Assembly: GCA_963803435.1 (NCBI GenBank)
Contig: CAWDML010000001.1
Coordinates: forward strand, 1,920,001-1,984,000
Length of the DNA: 64,000 nt
From: an uncultured delta proteobacterium
Lineage (GTDB): Bacteria > Myxococcota > Kuafuiibacteriia > Kuafuiibacteriales > Kuafuiibacteriaceae
Direction: 5' to 3'
The stretch's first letter is position 1. Every line of letters begins with the position of its first letter. Positions 30,681 through 39,197 of this stretch are shown in pieces. Under the pieces are notes generated by a model. The model had not been told where the DNA came from, did not search any database, and was given only the letters and a program-made list of their open reading frames with translations. The translations under genes were made by a program, and so were the position numbers.

Positions 30681-31617
30681 ATGAGCAGTATGCCTGTGCT
30701 CCTGGCCGCCCTGGCCCTGGCCTCCCCCGGGGAGCGCCAGCTGGTCGATCGCGTGGCCGCGGTGGTGAACGACGAGGTCATCACGATGTCGGAGGTGGAC
30801 GCCGCGGCGGTCCCGTTCATGGACAACGCGCCGACCGAGGAGAAGAAGAAGGCGCTCTACAAGGACGTGCTCGACCAGCTGATCTCCGAGCGTCTCCTCA
30901 GCCAGCAGATCAAAGAAGCGAACATCACCGTCACCGACGAGGACGTCGAGGCTGCGATCCAGGACATCCTCAAGCGCAACAAGATCACGATGGACGAGCT
31001 GCAGGCGGCGCTCGATCAGAACGGCACCTCCATGAGCAAGTACAAGGAGGACCTCAAGACGCAGCTGACCAGGCTCAAGATCGTCGATCAGAAGGTGCGC
31101 CAGCGCGTGGTGGTCCCCGAGGCCGAGATCAAGGCCGAGTACGAGAAGCGCACCGCAGGCGAGAAGAAGACGCAGCTGGTCCACATTCGACACATCTTCT
31201 TCCGCTGGGGCGACAACGCCGGCCCGGACGAGCGACAGCGGGTGCTCGAGCGGGCGCGCCAGGCGCGCAACCGGGTGGTGAACGGCGAGGCCTTCGACGC
31301 GGTGGCGAAGGAGGTCAGCGAGGGACCGACCGCCTCCACCGGTGGCGATCTCGGGCTCGATCTCCGAGAAGGGCCTGCTGCCCGAGCTCGCGCGCGCGCT
31401 CACGAACACGAAGATCAACGAGATCACGCAGCCGGTGGAGACCAACAACGGGGTCCACGTGGTGCAGCTGCTCGAACGCCAGGCGCAGCAACCGACGACC
31501 TTCGCCTCGGTCCACGACACGATCTATCAGGAGCTCTACCAGAAGGAGGTCGAGCGCCAGATGAAAGTCTGGATCGACGAGCTCAAGGGGCAGAGCGCGA
31601 TCGACATCCGCTTGTGA
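30681..31617 (+). CDS. surA: SurA-like chaperone/PPIase (frameshift near 31354)
   Basis: LVDRVAAVVNDEVIT, HIRHI, GGDLG; C-terminus ...WIDELKGQSAIDIRL in ORF 31342..31617. Confidence 0.8.
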
Positions 31618-32867
31618 TCCTCGCGCTGCTGCTCGTCACCATCGGTTCCCGCGAGCTCGAGGCCGATCCGACCAACTACCTGGGCGCGGTGGCGCTGCTC
31701 GGCCCCGGGGACGTGCTCCGCCTGGCCCCCGGGACCTACCGCGACTGCCTCGAGCTCGACGGGCTCCACGGGACCGCGGACGAGCCGATCGCGATCACCG
31801 GACCGGAGGATCGCACGGCCGTGTTCCTGGGAGAGCGCTGCGACGGCTGGACCAACCGCAGCCGCGTCATCGTACAGATCGAGGACTCGAGCTGGCTGAT
31901 CGTGCGGAACCTGGAGCTCGACGCCCAGGGACTCCCGGTGGACGGCGTGGAGGCGGGCTACGGCGACACCCCGGTGCACCACGTGACGATCGAGAACCTC
32001 TACATCCACGACAACGCGGTCTCGAACCAGGAGAACGGGATCTCCAGCTTCGCGACCGCGTGGGACTGGACGATCCGGAACAACTTCATCGAGCACACCG
32101 GCACCGGCATCTATCTCGGCAACTCGACCGGGACCGATCCGTTCATCCGCGGGACGATCGAGGACAACGTGATCCTCGCTCCGCGCGGCTACGGCATGCA
32201 GATCAAGCACCAGCTCCCGCGCCCGCGGCACGCCGGCATGCCGCCCGACGGCAGCGCCACCATCATCCGGCGGAACCTCTTCGTGAAGGCCGAGGGCGCG
32301 ACGCTCGGCGAGGAGGGACGCCCCAACCTGCTGGTCGGACACCTCCCGCTCGAAGGCTACGGCGCACACGATCGCTATCTGATCTATGCGAACACGTTCT
32401 TCGAGAACCAGACCGACGACGAGGCGCTCTTTCAGGGCGAGGGCAACATCGACTTCTACGACAACGTCCTCATCAACAGCTTCGCGGGGATCGGCGTCTG
32501 GATCCGCCCGCACAACGACGTCCCGAGGGACGTGCAGATCCACGAGAACACGTTTCTCTGCGCGGGTCCCGCCCTGGTGATCGAGGGCGGGGGCCTGATG
32601 TACGCGCAGACCGCCCGTGGCAACGCCATCTTCTCGGACGACGGGGCACCGGCGGTCGGGCCCCCCGGGGTGATCGGCGACAACTCGATCGGAAGCCTCA
32701 TGGACGCCCGCTTCCTCCTCGCGGATCCCTCCTTCGACCTGCAGCTGGCGGATCTGCACCCATTGCCGGGGATGCTGGTGGCGCCGCCGTCCCGCGAGAC
32801 CGCCCGTCAGGACTTTGACGGACGCATCCGGGTCAGCGCGTACTACGGGGCCTTCGCGGGCCCCTGA
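31614..32867 (+). CDS. Right-handed parallel beta-helix (pectin lyase-like) secreted protein
   Basis: GTGA overlap start; PGDVLRLAPGTY; repeated TIENN/IRRN strands. Confidence 0.8.
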   Translation: MILALLLVTIGSRELEADPTNYLGAVALLGPGDVLRLAPGTYRDCLELDGLHGTADEPIAITGPEDRTAVFLGERCDGWTNRSRVIVQIEDSSWLIVRNLELDAQGLPVDGVEAGYGDTPVHHVTIENLYIHDNAVSNQENGISSFATAWDWTIRNNFIEHTGTGIYLGNSTGTDPFIRGTIEDNVILAPRGYGMQIKHQLPRPRHAGMPPDGSATIIRRNLFVKAEGATLGEEGRPNLLVGHLPLEGYGAHDRYLIYANTFFENQTDDEALFQGEGNIDFYDNVLINSFAGIGVWIRPHNDVPRDVQIHENTFLCAGPALVIEGGGLMYAQTARGNAIFSDDGAPAVGPPGVIGDNSIGSLMDARFLLADPSFDLQLADLHPLPGMLVAPPSRETARQDFDGRIRVSAYYGAFAGP

Positions 32868-32915
32868 AAGCGGGCGGTAAGCGCAAGGCGGACCGCCGTT
32901 ACGCATGCTCCCCAT

Positions 32916-33347
32916 GTGGGTCGTCGTAACCTGGCCGAGCGTGCCCTCGCCGACGAGACGTTGCGCGAGCCGTTGCCGGTCACCTGTTTTATCGCGACAC
33001 CCGGGCTGACGGACGAGCCCACGTTCAGCGTGGCGATGCCGTTGAAGCCGGTCTACTCTCCACCAGACGAGGGTGACACGGGCTACCTGACGCGGCGGCC
33101 CGAGCGCGTCTTCGTGGGACCGGTCCCGAGCCCTCGACCGCTGGTGCGCGCCACCCCGATCCCCCTCCCGCGGCGCCCAATCGAGCGCGCACCACAGGCT
33201 CCGGTGCCGAAGATCTCGCGTCGTTCCGACACGGTTCGCTCGCTCCCTCCACCCGAGCGCCTGCAGATCTCCTCGCTGATGATTTTCTGGGGGGTGGCGC
33301 TCTTGGGCTCTCTCGCCGCGATCGGGGCCGCGCTCGCCTCGTGGTAA
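32916..33347 (+). CDS. Pro-rich hypothetical protein with C-terminal TM
   Basis: ORF fills the gap between genes; hydrophobic C-terminus; start uncertain. Confidence 0.5.
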   Translation: MGRRNLAERALADETLREPLPVTCFIATPGLTDEPTFSVAMPLKPVYSPPDEGDTGYLTRRPERVFVGPVPSPRPLVRATPIPLPRRPIERAPQAPVPKISRRSDTVRSLPPPERLQISSLMIFWGVALLGSLAAIGAALASW

Positions 33348-33360
33348 CCTGTCCGGTGCT

Positions 33361-34167
33361 TTGACCCACTTCGAGCCGTCCGGCGTCATCACGCTCACCA
33401 CCGACTTCGGCCACAAGGGGCCGTTCGTCGCCACGATGAAGGGCGTGATGCTGTCGCGATTCCCGGAGGCCCGGATCATCAATCTCACGCACGAGACCGT
33501 GGTCCATTGGCCGGCGGAGGCTGGCTTCTGGCTCCAGCGCTCGTACCAGTACTTTCCGCAGGGCACGGTGCACGTCGCGGTCGTCGATCCCGGCGTGGGC
33601 ACGCGGCGCGACATCATCACTTTGATGCACGACGGGCACGCGTTCATCGCGCCGGACAACGGCCTCTTGGCGCCCATGATCAACGATGCGAGCGACGCGA
33701 TCGTCCACAAGCTCGACGACAGCGCGATGGAGCGGTTCGAGCTGCCGACGCCGAGCGCCACCTTCCACGGCCGCGACATCTTCGCGCCGCTCGGCGCCGA
33801 GATGGCGGCCGGGCGGCTCAAGCCTTGGGAGATCGGCCCACCCACCAGCGACGTCGTCCCTTCGTGGGTCGACGAGCCCATCGCCACGCGCTCCCGGGTC
33901 TCCGGCCTCGTGATCGCCGTCGACAACTTCGGGAACCTGATCACCAACATCGATCAGTCGCTGCTCGAGCGCTTCGCCCAGCCCACGGTGAACATCGCCG
34001 GCCATCAACTCGAGCTCCGGCGGACCTACGGCGACGTCACGCCGGGCGATTACCTGGCCTTGATCAACTCCTTTGGCGTCCTCGAGATCGCCCGCGCCGA
34101 GAAGAACGCCTCGGACGGCCTGGGCGTGGAGCGGGGCGCGCCGGTCGTGGTCACGGAGGCGGATTGA
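33361..34167 (+). CDS. SAM hydroxide adenosyltransferase / halogenase (DUF62) family
   Basis: ITLTTDFG, VVDPGVGT.R, PDNGLL, SATFHGRDIFAP and DNFGNLITN. Confidence 0.95.
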   Translation: MTHFEPSGVITLTTDFGHKGPFVATMKGVMLSRFPEARIINLTHETVVHWPAEAGFWLQRSYQYFPQGTVHVAVVDPGVGTRRDIITLMHDGHAFIAPDNGLLAPMINDASDAIVHKLDDSAMERFELPTPSATFHGRDIFAPLGAEMAAGRLKPWEIGPPTSDVVPSWVDEPIATRSRVSGLVIAVDNFGNLITNIDQSLLERFAQPTVNIAGHQLELRRTYGDVTPGDYLALINSFGVLEIARAEKNASDGLGVERGAPVVVTEAD

Positions 34168-34201
34168 CCGCCGGAGACGTCGATCGCAGCATGCGGTCAA
34201 A

Positions 34202-35407
34202 GTGCATAGTGCAGCTCAATACTCAGCGCAGGTTGCGCTCGCCCTCGCCCTGGTCGCCTGCGAGCCCGCGACCCTGGCCCCGGCACCTTCGGCCGACCTC
34301 CCGGACGCCGGCTCGACCCCGATGAAGGACGCCGAGACCGCGCCCGTGGCCGCCGACGCCGCGGTGCCGCCCGATCCACCGGATGCCGCGCCGAGCGATG
34401 GGGGATCCGTCCCCCCCGACGCCGGCGAGCCGCCACCCCTGGACGCGGGTCCCGCCGACGCGGGCACCCTGCCCCTCGGCGCCCTCTGCTTCTCGGACAT
34501 CTACGATCCGAACGCCGCCAGCCCCGACTACGATCAGTTCTCACCGACGTACGGCAGCCACTGCTTCGGCACCAATCATCAGGACATCAACGGCGTCGAG
34601 CGCGTCGTCTTTCTCGGTGACTCCGTCACGGTCGGCACACCCCCGACTCCGCACGACGAGTTCTATCGATCGGTCCTCGCCGATCGGCTGGCCACACAGT
34701 TCAACCTGCAACCGCCGAGCGACGCCTGGAAGCGCGCCTCGGTCCTCGACGGCACCGCCCTGGTCCAGTCGTCCGGCGACTTCGCCAGCTGCGCCAAATG
34801 GGGCGCACGCACCGACGATCTGATGGAGGACAACACGCAGATCCTCGACTGCTTCCCCGAGTCGGAGCGCAACAAGCGGACCCTTGTGATCATGACGATC
34901 GGCGGCAACGACATCGCCGCCCTCACCAAGGCTGGCGCACCCTCAGGCGGGCACACCTACGCCGAGGTCGAGCAGATGACCGAAGACTTCGTCGCCAAGC
35001 TCGAGCTGGCGCTCTCCTGGTTCCGCGAGGACCCCAGCCGGTTCCCCAACGGCGTCTTCGTGGTGTTCTCGAACATGTTCGAGTTCACGGACGCGACCGG
35101 CGACGTCACCTCGTGCCCCGCCGCCGGCGTCGCAGGCTTCGACGAGCCGTGGGCCAACCCCGCCGACCTCGAGCACCTGGTGATCTGGGCGAACGAGCAG
35201 TACATGCGGATCGCCGTCGAGACCCAGACGGACATGATCTTCATGCTGGAGACGTTCTGCGGCCACGGCTATCACAATGAGGACGCCGCGGGACGTTGCT
35301 ACCGAGGTCCGGGGACCGAGCGCTGGTTCGACGTCAGCTGCATCCACCCGAACCCGACGGGTCACGGCGTCATCAGCGACATGTTCATGAGCGTGATCCT
35401 CGAGTGA
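34202..35407 (+). CDS. SGNH/GDSL hydrolase lipoprotein
   Basis: LVAC lipobox; FLGDS, GART, TIGGND and IHPN blocks. Confidence 0.85.
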   Translation: MHSAAQYSAQVALALALVACEPATLAPAPSADLPDAGSTPMKDAETAPVAADAAVPPDPPDAAPSDGGSVPPDAGEPPPLDAGPADAGTLPLGALCFSDIYDPNAASPDYDQFSPTYGSHCFGTNHQDINGVERVVFLGDSVTVGTPPTPHDEFYRSVLADRLATQFNLQPPSDAWKRASVLDGTALVQSSGDFASCAKWGARTDDLMEDNTQILDCFPESERNKRTLVIMTIGGNDIAALTKAGAPSGGHTYAEVEQMTEDFVAKLELALSWFREDPSRFPNGVFVVFSNMFEFTDATGDVTSCPAAGVAGFDEPWANPADLEHLVIWANEQYMRIAVETQTDMIFMLETFCGHGYHNEDAAGRCYRGPGTERWFDVSCIHPNPTGHGVISDMFMSVILE

Positions 35408-35417
35408 GCGGGTCTTA

Positions 35418-35554
35418 GAACAACCGGTCCTAAAACCGTTCCGTTCGCTATTCCGTGTTGCACTTGTTCTGGCATTCGCTGTTCGTGTTCAGCTCATGAA
35501 GGGGAACGCCGAGACACGGAACAGCGTACGATCTGGAGGTTTTCGGACCGGTTC
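35418..35554. mobile_element. 137-bp MITE with terminal inverted repeats and TTA duplication
   Basis: AACCGGTCCTAAAACC...GGTTTTCGGACCGGTT; TTA at 35415-17 and 35555-57; 66/68 nt match to 20705-20772 in reverse orientation. Confidence 0.85.
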
Positions 35555-36337
35555 TTACTTCTTCTTGTTCTTGCCTTCGGCGTAGATCGCGAAGAACGCG
35601 CCCTGCGGATCCACGCACTGGGCGATGACGTCATCCCCGGGGATGTCCATCGGACCGTTCATGATCTTGCCGCCGTTCTTCTTGATGCGATCGACCGTCG
35701 TGCCCATGTCCTGGACCGTCACGTAGTGGAGCCAGTGCGGGGGCACCTTCATCTGCTTCGCCATGTTCGACATGCCGCCGCGCGTCTGCTCGGAGCTGTC
35801 CTGGAACATCAGGTACGTACCCGCCGGCCCCATCTCCATGGAGCCTCGCTCGGCCCACCCGAACAGCTCGCCGTAGAACTTCCACGCCGCCTCGTAGTCG
35901 GTGGTGTTGAGCTCGGCCCAGCTGAAGCTCCCCTGCGCGCTTCGATCCGGCGGGGTCATGGTGCCCTCGCCCGTGAAGATCGCGAACGCCGCGCCCTGCG
36001 GATCCGCCAGAATCGCGATACGACCCACCTTCGGCACGTCGAAGGCCGGAACCAGGCTCCTGCCGCCCAGCTTCTCGACCTTCTTGACGGACGCATCGAC
36101 GTTGTCGACGCTCGTGTACGCGATCCAGTGGGGCGGAGCGCCCATCTTCTGCGCCTCCGTCGGCAACGGCATCAGCCCGCCGATCGGTTTCTCACCCGCG
36201 AGCCACATCGTGTACGGCATCTTCGGATCGGAGTCCTGGTAGACCTGGGTCTTCCAGCCGATGACCTCGCTGTAGAAGCGCTTCGCGCCGTCCAGGTCGG
36301 TCGTCATCAGATCAAACCAAACGTTCTGTCCTCTCAT
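35555..36337 (-). CDS. Two-domain VOC (glyoxalase/bleomycin resistance) protein
   Basis: Duplicated W..L.TTD...A..FY...GW and DPQGA.FA motifs. Confidence 0.92.
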   Translation of the reverse strand: MRGQNVWFDLMTTDLDGAKRFYSEVIGWKTQVYQDSDPKMPYTMWLAGEKPIGGLMPLPTEAQKMGAPPHWIAYTSVDNVDASVKKVEKLGGRSLVPAFDVPKVGRIAILADPQGAAFAIFTGEGTMTPPDRSAQGSFSWAELNTTDYEAAWKFYGELFGWAERGSMEMGPAGTYLMFQDSSEQTRGGMSNMAKQMKVPPHWLHYVTVQDMGTTVDRIKKNGGKIMNGPMDIPGDDVIAQCVDPQGAFFAIYAEGKNKKK

Positions 36338-36359
36338 CTCGTCAAACCTCCTCTGGTTC

Positions 36360-37379
36360 TCATCGCCCGGTCGTCAGCACGACGCGGAATCGAGCCTTGC
36401 CACTGATCATGTGCTCGTACGCCTCGGATGCGCGTTCGAGCGGATAAACTTCGTTCATGGAGCGCACGCCGGAGAGGACGCTGAACGAGAGCGCGTCCTC
36501 CGAGTCGATCGACGTGCCCGAATAGCAGCCCTCGACGGACTGCTTGCCCATGATGAGCTGGAGCGGCGAGATCTGGAGCGAGGGCACCGCGCCCGCGATC
36601 AGGAACGTGCCCTTGAGCCCGAGGCCGCCGATCACCGACTGCATCGCGTCTGGGTGGGTGACGGTCGCGAGGATGACCTTGGCTCCGCCCAGCTTCTGGA
36701 GCTCGACGGCGGGATCCTGCGACGTGCTGTCGAGGTACTGGTGTGCGCCCAGCTTGCGGGCGAGCGCCTCCTTGTCCTTGCCGCGCGCGATCGCGATCGT
36801 CTTGAAGCCCATCTTGGCCGCGTACTGCACGCCGAGGTGACCGAGGCCGCCCAGGCCCAGCACCGCGACCACCTCGCCCGGACGCGCCTCGCTGCTCCTG
36901 AGCGCGTTGAACGTGGTGAGGCCGGCGCACATCAGCGGGGCCGCCTCGACTGCGCTCAGCCCCTCCGGGACCGACGCCACCGCCGACTCGGGCGCGATCA
37001 TGTACTCGCCGTAACCGCCGTCGTAGGTGATACCGGTGATCTGCGGGTTGGTCTGGCAGCCAAAGAAGTTGCCCCGGCGGCAGGCGTTGCAGCGGCCGCA
37101 GCTGCCGCCGTGCCAGCCCACGCCGACCCGCTGCCCGCGCGACAGCCGCTCGACGCCGCTTCCGACCTCGTCGACGACACCGACGACCTCATGTCCCGGG
37201 ATGCGCGGGTACTCGATCCCGGGGAACGCGCCGACCTTCGTCAGCGAGTCGCTATGACAGATCCCGCACGCCTGCACCTTCACGCGCACGAAGCCCGGAC
37301 CAGGCTCGGGCACGTCGCGCTCGACGATCTCGAGCGGTGCATTGGGACGGGAGACCTGAACGACCTTCATCTTGGCCAC
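36360..37379 (-). CDS. Zinc-dependent alcohol dehydrogenase
   Basis: CGICHSD, GHEVVG, CGRCNAC, PLMCAG and GLGGLG; GGAGG RBS. Confidence 0.95.
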   Translation of the reverse strand: MAKMKVVQVSRPNAPLEIVERDVPEPGPGFVRVKVQACGICHSDSLTKVGAFPGIEYPRIPGHEVVGVVDEVGSGVERLSRGQRVGVGWHGGSCGRCNACRRGNFFGCQTNPQITGITYDGGYGEYMIAPESAVASVPEGLSAVEAAPLMCAGLTTFNALRSSEARPGEVVAVLGLGGLGHLGVQYAAKMGFKTIAIARGKDKEALARKLGAHQYLDSTSQDPAVELQKLGGAKVILATVTHPDAMQSVIGGLGLKGTFLIAGAVPSLQISPLQLIMGKQSVEGCYSGTSIDSEDALSFSVLSGVRSMNEVYPLERASEAYEHMISGKARFRVVLTTGR

Positions 37380-37600
37380 GAAAAAACCTCCATGTTCGAG
37401 TTGGGGCCGGGAGACTCCCACGACCACGCCCTCGACGCCACCGGCCTGGATCCTGTGCCAAACCTAGCCCGACGAGCACGAGGCCGCTCCGTGATGAGAG
37501 TGTGACGATGCGCCACGGATCCACTGTTTTGTAGATCCGTATAATTGTATCAAGAAAGTACCGATTCTCTTGGGAAAGCCGCTTCTCCTAGTCTTGCGAG

Positions 37601-38092
37601 ATGCGGTCGAGAGCGCTCGGGTCATTGCTGATCATCGCTGCATGCGGCGAGCCTACTCCTGACTTCGAACCCCCGGACGGCGATGCCGGCTTCGAGGACG
37701 CCGGCCAGCTCGACGCCGCAACTCCGACGGACGCGGGCGATGTCGACGCCGCCTTCGCGCCCTCGACCTCCTTCGCTGGGGACGTGGCGCCGATCCTCCA
37801 GCATCGCTGCCAGGGCTGCCACTTCGTCACGGACAATCCGCCCCAGATCCTCATCGACGGCGACGCCACTCCGACCTATGAGCGCCTCCTCTCTGCCCGC
37901 TCCACCACCGCAGATCTCGCGCTGATCGCCCCCGGACGCCCTGAAGAGAGCTACCTATGGCACAAGGTTCACGGCACCCAGCGCAGCGCCGGCGGCGCCG
38001 GCAACCGCATGCCCCCACCCGTCGCCTCGCCGATGACGCCGGCCGAGCTCGCCACCGTCGACCGCTGGATCGAAGGCGGCGCCCTCCCCTGA
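37601..38092 (+). CDS. Monoheme c-type cytochrome lipoprotein
   Basis: IAAC lipobox; CQGCH; PEESYL, RMPP and WIEGGA. Confidence 0.85.
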   Translation: MRSRALGSLLIIAACGEPTPDFEPPDGDAGFEDAGQLDAATPTDAGDVDAAFAPSTSFAGDVAPILQHRCQGCHFVTDNPPQILIDGDATPTYERLLSARSTTADLALIAPGRPEESYLWHKVHGTQRSAGGAGNRMPPPVASPMTPAELATVDRWIEGGALP

Positions 38093-38099
38093 TCGGACC

Positions 38100-39197
38100 T
38101 CACGTCCCCGTCATCTGTCTCAGACTTGCTGGATGGGGGAACTCGAGCGGCGTGGCGCGCTCGAGGCGGCCGGCGGCGCGCTCGCGCTCGGCCTCGAACA
38201 GCGTCGCGGCGCCCGTCTCCTTGGCATCCTCCAGCCCGGCCAGAATGAAGGCGAGGCGCTCGAGGGGTTCGACCAGCCCGGCCAGGTCGCAGAGCGCCTC
38301 GGGATCGAGCGACGTCAGGACCTCGGCGAGTGCGCTCGAATCCCAATCCGCGCGCTCCCCACGGGACTCGAGGTGCTCGCGGAGGCGGGGCGCATCGAGG
38401 CAGTCGAAGAACCGCTTCGCCAGCGAGCGTCCCATCTCCACCATGTGCTCGCGCGTGTACGCCACCAGCTCGCGCTCGTCGATGTCGGCATCGGCGTAGC
38501 GGAGCATGACCGAGGTGTCCATCACCTGCCGGTACGCCTTCTCGTACTCGAGGATCCGCGCCGCGACCTGGTCGGCCTCGGTCGCCGGCTCGATCGAGGC
38601 CGGGTCGTAGCGCACCGAACCGTCCTCGAGCGACAGCTCGATCCCCTTGTCGCGGAGGCCGCGCTGGAAGGCGTCGAGCAGCGGGTGGGCGTGCTGATCG
38701 ATCTGGTCCAGCGTGCCCAGGTTGAGAAATGGCCCGTAGTGCTCGCCGCGGGCGGAGGCGTAGGCGTAGCTCCCCACGCGGAACTCCTCGGCGTCTGGGT
38801 TGTGCGCGCCGTACTCGCTCTTCATCACCCGATCGACGAAGGCATCGTCGCTGTCGATCACCAGATCGATGTCCGAGTTCGGCCCGAAGCGCCCTTTGAG
38901 CACGCCGCCCATGAGGTAGAGCTCCGCGTCGCCGCGGCCGCCGGCCAGCTCGCGAAAGCGACGGACCGCCCGTCCGAGCTGGCGCTCCTTGGCGGTGAGA
39001 GCCTCGATGACCTCACGGTCCGTGTACGGCTGGGCGAGATCGCGCTCGAGCTTCATCTGCCACCGCGGTGCGATCGGCAGGTCGTCGAGGTCGCGCGCCA
39101 CCTCGCGGGCCGAGCCGTCGCCCAGCATGTGCCAGGGGACCCCGTTGAGGAGGTAGAGGCTCAGGTTGTAGCGCAAGACCGAGTGCTCGGGGCCCAC
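38100..39197 (-). CDS. Pol-beta-superfamily (MNT-like) nucleotidyltransferase domain; probably the C-terminal part of the upstream gene
   Basis: LYLMGGVLKGRFGPNSDIDLVID; overlaps the upstream ORF next to a G6 run (39204-39209). Confidence 0.7.
   Translation of the reverse strand: MGPEHSVLRYNLSLYLLNGVPWHMLGDGSAREVARDLDDLPIAPRWQMKLERDLAQPYTDREVIEALTAKERQLGRAVRRFRELAGGRGDAELYLMGGVLKGRFGPNSDIDLVIDSDDAFVDRVMKSEYGAHNPDAEEFRVGSYAYASARGEHYGPFLNLGTLDQIDQHAHPLLDAFQRGLRDKGIELSLEDGSVRYDPASIEPATEADQVAARILEYEKAYRQVMDTSVMLRYADADIDERELVAYTREHMVEMGRSLAKRFFDCLDAPRLREHLESRGERADWDSSALAEVLTSLDPEALCDLAGLVEPLERLAFILAGLEDAKETGAATLFEAERERAAGRLERATPLEFPHPASLRQMTGT

Noticed and set aside
28725-31617. Three tandem PPIase genes as a novelty
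   Set aside because: Tandem parvulin/SurA clusters are commonplace in Deltaproteobacteria-like genomes
30681-32867. Novel SurA/beta-helix fusion of 728 aa
   Set aside because: The frameshift near 31354 hides the true SurA C-terminus; the beta-helix gene has its own start at 31614
33361-34167. Fluorinase/chlorinase of a halometabolite cluster
   Set aside because: No biosynthetic context; it fits the widespread DUF62 SAM hydrolase type
37500-37590. AT-rich patch with perfect TATAAT (37540-37545) and a TGTGA half-site
   Set aside because: Probably an ordinary divergent promoter region; no matching -35 or complete CRP/FNR palindrome
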